The notes below the pieces were generated by a model. That model was not told where the DNA came from and ran no database searches. It saw only the letters and a list, made by a program, of their open reading frames with translations. DNA of 24,000 bases from Candidatus Geoarchaeota archaeon. Lineage in GTDB: Archaea; Thermoproteota; Thermoprotei; Gearchaeales; WAQG01. The translations under genes were made by a program, and so were the position numbers. Below, piece by piece: positions 7,821-14,190 of the stretch (the stretch's first letter is position 1; the number at the start of each line of letters is the position of its first letter). Where the stretch lies: assembly GCA_015520395.1 (NCBI GenBank), contig WAQG01000021.1, forward strand, positions 16,637 to 40,636, read 5' to 3'.

Positions 7821-8646
7821 CGGGTTTAAGGGGGGAGAAGGTTATCGATCTGTATTGTAGTATTACAGCTTCACCGTTAGCCCTGGCAGCCTCCTCCAAG
7901 GCGCTTAGGCCTAGAGACAGCTTCTCACCCTCCTCGCAAGCAGCAGCCTCTATCTTCCCATTCTTAAGAAGGAACTTAAACCTAGGGCCGTCAGCAAAAC
8001 TGATCACCATGAATATGTAACTTCCACGTGCCTCCCCATTTAGCTCATCAGTAAATTTAAGCACCGTGGGAAGGAGATCTCCCTGGTTGATCCAGACCCT
8101 CCGCTCATTTATCAGGTTCATGCTCATCATTAACCTGGCGCTACTAGTAATATCAGCAAACATCCTGCTCTTGTCGTTGATCACATCAGCAACCAGGTGT
8201 TCTATGAGGGATTTGACCGGAACAACCCTCTTGATCATAAACCTATTCTCTAGGTAGGTCTTAACCGATGTAACCATGTCATCAGCCAGCTTTGCCGCCA
8301 TTTTCCGTCCCAAGCCCTCATTCCTTATGTTAGATTCCACGGAAATTCTTGTGCCCGTCCCCGTATTCTGGAGCCTGATAGTTATAATTGCATCTATAGA
8401 GCCTATGGTTAGGTAGGCGACCTGCCAGAAGGGTATGCCCATCACGACTATCTCGAACTTAATTACCTTCCTTAACCCGAACCGTCGAACCAGTATCTCT
8501 ACAGTATATTGTCCCTCCTCTTTTTTCTCTATTTTTGAGAATAGATCAACTCCGCGGAAAACTTCATCCAACTCAAAGAGGGCATTGTATACATCCTTAA
8601 CATATATGCCCGGTAACTCCATCTCAACGCTCTGGACCGTTATCAT
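7810..8646 (-). CDS. hypothetical two-domain protein: N-terminal SRPBCC/CoxG-like domain plus an uncharacterised C-terminal domain (possibly DUF4388-like)
   Basis: The track ORF starts at TTG 8649 and the next codon is ATG (8646). A TATA-like box at 8671-8679 lies about 27 nt upstream, so I prefer ATG 8646 as a leaderless start. The N-terminal half has an alternating beta pattern ending in LGRKMAAKLADDMVTSVKTYLENRF, as in CoxG/SRPBCC proteins. The C-terminal RFKFLLKNGKIEAAACEEGEKLSLGLSALEEAARANGEAV resembles the DUF4388 'iyf.nGki..A......G.eAl' pattern. Confidence 0.6.
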   Translation of the reverse strand: MITVQSVEMELPGIYVKDVYNALFELDEVFRGVDLFSKIEKKEEGQYTVEILVRRFGLRKVIKFEIVVMGIPFWQVAYLTIGSIDAIITIRLQNTGTGTRISVESNIRNEGLGRKMAAKLADDMVTSVKTYLENRFMIKRVVPVKSLIEHLVADVINDKSRMFADITSSARLMMSMNLINERRVWINQGDLLPTVLKFTDELNGEARGSYIFMVISFADGPRFKFLLKNGKIEAAACEEGEKLSLGLSALEEAARANGEAVILQYRSITFSPLKPVIL

Positions 8647-8670
8647 CAATCTATCTTAAACGAGATAGGG

Positions 8671-8679
8671 TATATAGAG
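8671..8679 (-). promoter_or_regulatory. TATA-like box (minus strand CTCTATATA) for the 7810-8646 gene
   Basis: The AT-rich element is centred about 27 nt upstream of ATG 8646 on the minus strand. Confidence 0.35.
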
Positions 8680-8783
8680 ATTTCGTTCAATGCAAATGCC
8701 ATGATCATAAATGTCAAAGTTTGCTCGACAGCATCATATAATCTTATCACAACCACAAGTATTTACATAAATTAAATAAAATA

Positions 8784-11700
8784 TTATTCGATAGATTTTA
8801 TCTCATTATACAGTTCATTTATAAGCTCTATGTAACTCGCCCTCCCAACCTCAACTTCATACATCTTTCTTTCAAGCAGTCTCGTCCTTTCCTCCGAAAC
8901 GAACTCCTCGTAGTGCTCTATTAGGTACTTGTAGACCATTATGCCGATCTGTGTTGGAATGAGCCTCCGCCTACCCTTAATATATCTTCTCTCAATGAGC
9001 TTGCTAACTATCTTGGCGTAGGTTGATGGCCTCCCTATCCCCCTGTCCCTCATCAACTGAATAACCTCCCCTTGGGTGTATGGGTAAATCTTTGGCAGGG
9101 CCCTCAGCAGCTCAGCTTCCAGGACTTTGATCGGCCCCTCCCCGACAGCCCCGTAGGTCCTTAAAGGCTGAATAACGGTGTAACCCGGCTTAACCACCTC
9201 TACCGGCACTTCCACCGAAGCCGACCCGAAGTCGGCGCTGACAGTATAACTCTGGATCTTGACGAGTGCTGGCACCATCTGGCTGGCCATGAACCTCCTG
9301 AAAATCATGTCGTAGAGATTATAGTGCCTCTGTGTCAGGGGCTTCACCGTCCTTATGGCGCCCATCGAGATCAGCTGCCTCAGCCTAAGGGCGTCGATGG
9401 GCTTCGTAGGCCTTATACATTCGTGGGCCCCACCCTCACCCCAGCTCCTCCCCCTATAGTACTCCTCGCCAAAATGCTCAGTTATGTACTCCCTGGCCAG
9501 GGCTATCCCTGTGGCGGAAACCCTTGTGGAATCGGTCCTATGGTATGTTATTAGGCCTAGCTCGAACAGATCCTGGGCGAGCCTCATGGCCTCGCTGGCC
9601 CCAAACCCGTGGATCGCTGAGGCATCCCTGAGCATCGAGTCTGTGGTGTATGGGGGTGGGGGCCTAAGTTCGACTACCTTCTCCTTAAGATTCTTGATCA
9701 CAACATGTTTCAGCTCGCCCGGCGACTTCACGGGGCTAGTCAACTCTATGTAGGTGATGAGGCCGTTGGCGAGCTTCATTCTAACGACATCCCGCCTGCT
9801 CTTCTCGGACTCGCTGTGGCGCTGTATCACCCAGCCCAGGACGGGCGTCTGAACCCTGCCAGCTGAGAGGCGCCGATTATTGAATCTTTCCCAGAGGCGC
9901 CTGCTAAGCTCGAAGCCTATCCAGCGATCCTCTATCCTCCTGACTATCTGGGCCTCTACCAGCCTCATATCCACATCCCTAAACTCCCCCAACGCCTTCT
10001 GGAGGGCGGGCTTAGTTACCTCGTGGAACTCTATCCTGACGAGCTTCTTAGAGTAAGGTGCAAGGGAGACGGCGAGGTCCCATCCGATCTTCTCCCCCTC
10101 CACATCTGGATCCGTCCCGATCATCACCAGGTCCACCTCCGATGCCAGCTGCCTTAGAGACCTAATCACTTCGATCGAGTCCCTAATTCTCCTTGACCCA
10201 CACCTCGGGCAGGCGTCGAACTCAACGAACTGCTCCCCACACCTCAGACACCGTTTGATCGTGGTGTATATGGGGATGAAGCCGCCGTCCCTCAGCTCTA
10301 CGCCATGGAATCCCCTTGTTACGGAGAGGTCGTATACGTGGCCACCGCTGGCTATCACGGTTAGGAGGTATTCTCCCGTGCTCACCTCATAGGCGGTGAG
10401 CCTCCCCAGCCTCCTCCTGGAGGGCCTGCCGAAGAACCCGGCTATCGTCCTAGCCTTGTTGGGAGACTCCACTATCAGGAGGGCGCTCTTCACGGGATCC
10501 CGAAGCTCAGCCCTCATCTCACCCCTCATCAGGGCCCTTATCAGCTCCCTATCCCTGTCAACCTCCTCCAGTATCCTATCGAGGTCGGCCTCATCTATGC
10601 CAACCCAGGTATACTCGCCGATGAACCACTCAAGCTGCCTAGCTAGGCCTGCAAAGACCTTCTCGTCGTCGACGAGGACTATGGAGAGGCCCTTCGAGAT
10701 GCCGCCTGCAAAGAGCCTCGACGTCCTTCCCGAGGCCTGGATGTAGGTCATCGTGTCGGGAACTATCAGCTTGAGCTCGCCGTCCACCCGCCTAAGGGAT
10801 ATGTACCTGCTCTCCGAGATCCTGCTCAGAACCTCCTCCCTTGAAAGGGCGCTTCTAAGCAGGTTAACGGCGTCAAGGAAGGTTCTCAGGGCTGCCGAGA
10901 GATGTGGGGGCGCCTCGATCTCCCCAAGCATAGCCTTGTGTATCTCCCTCAGCGCCTGGGTGGGTAGCCTGTTTATATAGTTCCTCATCTTTACAAGCAG
11001 CCTCTCCCCCTTCTCCCTCTCAGCCTCGTCCAGGTACTCCAGGAGCGTCGCCATGAGCTGCGCCGCCCTGACGGGATGGACATCCTTCAGCTCCAGGTCG
11101 AAGCGGAACTTGGGCACGCCGGCAAACACGGCGTACCTTATCCTGTGGGGCAGGTCGATCCCCCTAACTATAAGGCCATAATATGTTGCGACCCCCACCA
11201 GGACATCTATCTCCCCCTCCGAAAACCTGTCCAGAACATCCCTCCGCACACCAGCCCTAACCTGGACGGCCTTCACACCAGAGTTAACGAGGGCCTCCAC
11301 AATCTTCTTCGCAAACTCGGATCCCTTGTCCAGTGGGACGAAGATGAGGCCGCCTGGCCCTAGCCTCTTAACGAGCCTCACGACCTCCCTCACTGGCTCG
11401 TCGATCTCCGTAACATAGACGTCCACGACATTCCTAAGGAGCTCCGAGGTCGACCCAACCTCGAATCCAAGGAGCTCCCTGAAGACCTTGACCCTCAGGC
11501 CCCTGGGCCTACCGGTAGCGCTGGATATTATCAGCTGCCCATGTTTTAGGCCGCGCTTAAGCTTCCTCAAAGACCTCTCCAACTCCCTAAGCTTCAGCCT
11601 GAGCTCTCTGACCTCCTCGGCGGCGCCGCGGTATGGTTGGAGGTAGGCGAGCCTGACCTTAACCTTGACGATCTCATAGGCCGTTTCTATGGCTTCTTCA

Positions 11701-12461
11701 TTAAAGCCCACCAACATCAACACCCTGTCTATGTTCTTCGAGGCCTTCAGCAGGGCGTCAACATCGTCGACGAAGATGAAGCTGAAACGGAAGTTTTTCA
11801 AAGCCTCGAAGTTTCGGGCTAGGAACTGTGAGGTTGTGACTAGGATGTCGAACTCCCCGCCCTTTATAGCCTCCATCTGGGCCCTCCTAGCCGATGGGGG
11901 CATGAGGGTATGGTAGTATGCAAGCCTGATTTTACGCCCAACCCTCTCTATGAACCTCTCCAGCCGCTCGGACACCTGCTTAACCAGGAGCGTCGTTGGA
12001 AGGACTATGTAGGACTTCTTCCGCCCAGTCCTGGACACGTAGAGAGCCATCACGCTGCCAAACAGTGTCTTCCCGACACCTGTGGGGGCGATGATCGTAA
12101 AGCTCCTCCCAAGCAGAACCCTCCTAGCCCAGCTCCTCTGAGCACTCCAAAGCCTAAAGCCCGTAGCCCTATTAAAGAACCTCTCAAACCGTTCAAGCTT
12201 CGAATCAAGGCGGATAACCGAGCGATACCTTTTATCCCTACCCCTCTCCCTAAGCATCCTAAGCACAGCCTTCCTAAACCCTAGCTGGTCGCCCAACTCC
12301 TCCCGCAGCCTTCTCAGGGAATCAATATCAACATCTAGGCAGGCCCTGCAGGGCACGCCGAGGAGGAGACGCTCGTCATCGATATCGCCGCCGCAGTTTG
12401 GACACGCCCCCGAGAATACAGCGTGCAAAGCCTGACACCAATTAAAAATTTTGTAAACCAC
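8784..12461 (-). CDS. rgy: reverse gyrase (helicase-like domain fused to a type IA topoisomerase)
   Basis: 1225 aa. It has the N-terminal Zn finger CPNCGG...CRAC and SF2 helicase motifs APTGVGKT, DDVD, SSATG and QASGRTSR. The TOPRIM start is LLIVESPNKARTIAGFFG, the internal Zn ribbon is CLRCGEQF...CPRCG, and the topo IA active-site region is ITYHRTDSTRVS. The track start is GTG 12461. TTG 12428 (giving MHAVFSGACPNCGG) is a plausible alternative; see findings. Confidence 0.97.
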   Translation of the reverse strand: MVYKIFNWCQALHAVFSGACPNCGGDIDDERLLLGVPCRACLDVDIDSLRRLREELGDQLGFRKAVLRMLRERGRDKRYRSVIRLDSKLERFERFFNRATGFRLWSAQRSWARRVLLGRSFTIIAPTGVGKTLFGSVMALYVSRTGRKKSYIVLPTTLLVKQVSERLERFIERVGRKIRLAYYHTLMPPSARRAQMEAIKGGEFDILVTTSQFLARNFEALKNFRFSFIFVDDVDALLKASKNIDRVLMLVGFNEEAIETAYEIVKVKVRLAYLQPYRGAAEEVRELRLKLRELERSLRKLKRGLKHGQLIISSATGRPRGLRVKVFRELLGFEVGSTSELLRNVVDVYVTEIDEPVREVVRLVKRLGPGGLIFVPLDKGSEFAKKIVEALVNSGVKAVQVRAGVRRDVLDRFSEGEIDVLVGVATYYGLIVRGIDLPHRIRYAVFAGVPKFRFDLELKDVHPVRAAQLMATLLEYLDEAEREKGERLLVKMRNYINRLPTQALREIHKAMLGEIEAPPHLSAALRTFLDAVNLLRSALSREEVLSRISESRYISLRRVDGELKLIVPDTMTYIQASGRTSRLFAGGISKGLSIVLVDDEKVFAGLARQLEWFIGEYTWVGIDEADLDRILEEVDRDRELIRALMRGEMRAELRDPVKSALLIVESPNKARTIAGFFGRPSRRRLGRLTAYEVSTGEYLLTVIASGGHVYDLSVTRGFHGVELRDGGFIPIYTTIKRCLRCGEQFVEFDACPRCGSRRIRDSIEVIRSLRQLASEVDLVMIGTDPDVEGEKIGWDLAVSLAPYSKKLVRIEFHEVTKPALQKALGEFRDVDMRLVEAQIVRRIEDRWIGFELSRRLWERFNNRRLSAGRVQTPVLGWVIQRHSESEKSRRDVVRMKLANGLITYIELTSPVKSPGELKHVVIKNLKEKVVELRPPPPYTTDSMLRDASAIHGFGASEAMRLAQDLFELGLITYHRTDSTRVSATGIALAREYITEHFGEEYYRGRSWGEGGAHECIRPTKPIDALRLRQLISMGAIRTVKPLTQRHYNLYDMIFRRFMASQMVPALVKIQSYTVSADFGSASVEVPVEVVKPGYTVIQPLRTYGAVGEGPIKVLEAELLRALPKIYPYTQGEVIQLMRDRGIGRPSTYAKIVSKLIERRYIKGRRRLIPTQIGIMVYKYLIEHYEEFVSEERTRLLERKMYEVEVGRASYIELINELYNEIKSIE

Positions 12462-12490
12462 TTAATTAACTAAAACCTGCCAATCCAGCC

Positions 12491-12913
12491 TCAAGCCACA
12501 CCCCTAGCGACACTTCTCCTGGTTTTCCCAGGGTGATCATCCCTCAGCCTCCATAGGCCATCCCTGATGTCTAGGAGCATTATTCCGAGCTCTCCAGCCA
12601 CATAGTCGCTTAACAGAACCTCATCGACGTGGGGATTCACTATCAGGTTGACCGTGATCGGCTTTGTCTCCCTATCCTCCAGGAGTATCCTCAGCGTTCC
12701 GGCTGAAGGGTAGTAGGGCGTGGCCACCTCACCACCGCCCGTGTCGAGCAGGGCTGTTAGGGATCCTCTGGGCGGCCATAGACCAAGCTCCCTGGCAAGC
12801 TCGATGGGGATGACGATGTCAGGGCCATCAGCCTCAAACCCACTATTCACTAAAGCCACAGCCACAACCGACTTCTCACCAACGTCCACCTTAACCCTGA
12901 TCCTACACGCCAT
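12491..12913 (-). CDS. retropepsin-like (clan AA aspartic peptidase fold) protein with Asn at the catalytic Asp position
   Basis: 140 aa. AVALVNSGFEADGPDIVIPIELARELGL aligns by eye with the archaeal retropepsin-like pattern (flvDTGf.g.l.lp..lA.eLgL). The C-terminal LLSDYVAGELGIMLLDIRDGLWRL matches 'llG.d.L..lg..iD...g.l'. The codon at the D position is AAT (Asn). Confidence 0.55.
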   Translation of the reverse strand: MACRIRVKVDVGEKSVVAVALVNSGFEADGPDIVIPIELARELGLWPPRGSLTALLDTGGGEVATPYYPSAGTLRILLEDRETKPITVNLIVNPHVDEVLLSDYVAGELGIMLLDIRDGLWRLRDDHPGKTRRSVARGVA

Positions 12914-12915
12914 CC

Positions 12916-13065
12916 CTACTCAACAACTAGTTTTTTCCTCATATACCCTAGCCTTCTCCGAGGAATCTGTTTTGAAACCCATTTCTTAAGCAGCTCGATA
13001 TCCTCCTTCCTACCACCCATCCCCCTCAACAACTCTTTACCCCAAACCTCTACTAAAACCTTCAC
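12916..13065 (-). CDS. possible mini-ORF (34 aa from ATG 13020, or 49 aa from GTG 13065) abutting the retropepsin-like gene
   Basis: Hand translation of the minus strand gives (V)KVLVEVWGKELLRGMGGRKEDIELLKKWVSKQIPRRRLGYMRKKLVVE*. Its stop TAG (12916-12918) lies 2 nt before ATG 12913 of the downstream gene. The composition is protein-like (K/R/E/L-rich). There is no clear SD or TATA and I recognise no family. Confidence 0.2.
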   Translation of the reverse strand: MKVLVEVWGKELLRGMGGRKEDIELLKKWVSKQIPRRRLGYMRKKLVVE

Positions 13066-13142
13066 CCCGCAAGTTCCAGGTAGAGGCCGGACCTAACCCC
13101 TCAATCCGTAGATCACCGAACAGCCATATGGAGACCTGCTAA

Positions 13143-13166
13143 GCCTATCCCCGAGTTGGGGTAGGC
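13143..13166 (-). repeat. imperfect hairpin (GCCTA(T)CCCC-GAGTT-GGGGTAGGC) downstream of the wHTH gene
   Basis: The stem is 9 bp with one bulged T and a 5-nt loop, 10-33 nt past the wHTH stop codon (13176-13178) on the minus strand. No oligo-T follows it, so it is not a canonical archaeal terminator. Confidence 0.3.
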
Positions 13167-13175
13167 CTGATTTCC

Positions 13176-13424
13176 TTATGACGGTTGTTCGAAGAGGGCT
13201 TTATACAGCCTGTTGAAGAGCATTATGTATTCTAAGCCCTTCCTAGTGGTGAGGTAGTATTCGCTCCGCTTTTCCAACAGGCCCTTCGAGGTGAGAAGGT
13301 CTAGGTACCTCTTGGCCGCCTTGGTGCTTAGGTTGCAGTGGAGCATTATGTGGGTGAGTCTCCGGGGCTCCCTGCAGTAGGTGAGGATCTCCCAGGCTAT
13401 CTCGTAGAGCGTCCTCTTCACCAT
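13176..13424 (-). CDS. small winged helix-turn-helix protein (HTH_45/PF14947-like archaeal wHTH)
   Basis: 82 aa. RTLYEIAWEILTYCREPRRLTHIMLHCNLSTKAAKRYLDLLTSKGLLEKRSEYYLTTRKGLEYI fits the recalled family pattern (..eIi..IL......g..kT.Im...nLs..q...Yl..L...gLl.....y.lTekG..fl). It starts 6 nt after the stop of the upstream membrane-protein gene. Confidence 0.75.
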   Translation of the reverse strand: MVKRTLYEIAWEILTYCREPRRLTHIMLHCNLSTKAAKRYLDLLTSKGLLEKRSEYYLTTRKGLEYIMLFNRLYKALFEQPS

Positions 13425-13430
13425 CCCATC

Positions 13431-14015
13431 TCACTCTAAAAACCTCATCAGATCCCTCTCAAAGGATGAAACCCTGGCCAGCTTCCTGGCCATAAGCCTC
13501 CTCTCAAGGTATAGGATGAGGGCGGCATAGAAGAATATTATGAGGCCTACTAGAAACCTGTAGAGAAATTCGCCTAGGCCGAAAACCTCTAGGAGATATC
13601 CATGCAGTGATAGTATGAGGATTCCTAAACCTGCAGCCAGCCCGAGTATCCCTACCAAAACCACATAGTGGCGGTGGCCTCTGTAGAGTGAAATCGTATC
13701 CTTTATGATGGCAACTGCATCGTCGGCCGTTATGACACGGTTCCTCACCCTCCTCGGGAGTACGATACCTATGATGGGGAGCCAGTCGTTCCTCCTACAC
13801 ACCCTCAGAACCCCGTAGAGGAGGATGAGGGATGCTGCAAGCCATATCGACGAGAACAGGCCAACCGCTATGCCGGTCATCCAACTACCCGAGTAGAAAA
13901 GCGTGACGGCCTCCTCGAGGAGTGCCAGGGATATGCCCAACGCTATTGCCGAGTTGCTAAGCCATACCCCCAACTCGCCTAAAACCTTCCTCAGAACGGC
14001 CATCTCTCCACTCAT
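13431..14015 (-). CDS. hypothetical integral membrane protein (about 4 TM helices)
   Basis: 194 aa with four long hydrophobic segments: VWLSNSAIALGISLALL, GIAVGLFSSIWLAASLILLYGVL, YVVLVGILGLAAGLGILILSL and FLVGLIIFFYAALILYL. It is the first gene of a two-gene minus-strand operon with the wHTH gene. I recognise no family. Confidence 0.7.
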   Translation of the reverse strand: MSGEMAVLRKVLGELGVWLSNSAIALGISLALLEEAVTLFYSGSWMTGIAVGLFSSIWLAASLILLYGVLRVCRRNDWLPIIGIVLPRRVRNRVITADDAVAIIKDTISLYRGHRHYVVLVGILGLAAGLGILILSLHGYLLEVFGLGEFLYRFLVGLIIFFYAALILYLERRLMARKLARVSSFERDLMRFLE

Positions 14016-14035
14016 CTCAACGATTAGGCGTGGGT

Positions 14036-14050
14036 GAAGGATAAAGAAGC
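14036..14050 (-). promoter_or_regulatory. TATA-like box (minus strand GCTTCTTTATCCTTC) for the membrane-protein/wHTH operon
   Basis: The TTTATCC core is centred about 27 nt upstream of ATG 14015, which is leaderless geometry. Confidence 0.35.
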
Positions 14051-14051
14051 T

Positions 14052-14072
14052 TTATGGATCTGTGATCCATAA
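14052..14072. promoter_or_regulatory. perfect 9-bp inverted repeat TTATGGATC-TGT-GATCCATAA, a candidate transcription-factor operator
   Basis: Read directly from the sequence: the arms are 14052-14060 and 14064-14072 with a 3-nt spacer. It lies immediately upstream of the TATA-like box of the minus-strand operon, and about 80 nt upstream of the AT-rich boxes of the NurA-like gene. Confidence 0.4.
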
Positions 14073-14150
14073 GACCCATATAGCTGCCTGAAGACGTCCA
14101 GGCGGTGGCCAGCACGGTTGTCGGGCCTGGTTGAAGGTTTTGGGAGCTGG

Positions 14151-14180
14151 ATATTTATCCTGTCTCACATATATATTATT
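14151..14180 (+). promoter_or_regulatory. two AT-rich TATA-like boxes (ATATTTAT at 14151-14158; ATATATATTATT at 14169-14180) upstream of the NurA-like gene
   Basis: These are the only AT-rich elements in the GC-rich 3' part of the intergenic region. The first is centred about 36 nt upstream of ATG 14191, which would give a leader of about 10 nt. Confidence 0.35.
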
Positions 14181-14190
14181 GGGTTGCGTA

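Noticed and set aside
8695-8745. Possible C/D-box sRNA on the minus strand between the 7810-8646 gene and rgy (ATGATGC ... ATGATCA)
   Set aside because: The C-like boxes are imperfect (consensus RUGAUGA) and I could find no CUGA D or D' boxes at the required spacing. The region is better explained as the rgy terminator and the neighbouring promoter.
12720-12989. 89-aa plus-strand ORF spanning the start of the retropepsin-like gene
   Set aside because: It is antisense to the better-supported minus-strand gene, Ser/Thr/Pro-rich, and has no motif or start context.
14131-14190. TTG 14131 as the start of the NurA-like gene (track coordinates)
   Set aside because: The two AT-rich TATA-like boxes (14151-14180) lie downstream of it. 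The extra 20 aa (MKVLGAGYLSCLTYILLGCV) look like a hydrophobic read-through of promoter sequence. ATG 14191 follows the boxes. TTG 14131 is kept only as an alternative and is not excluded.
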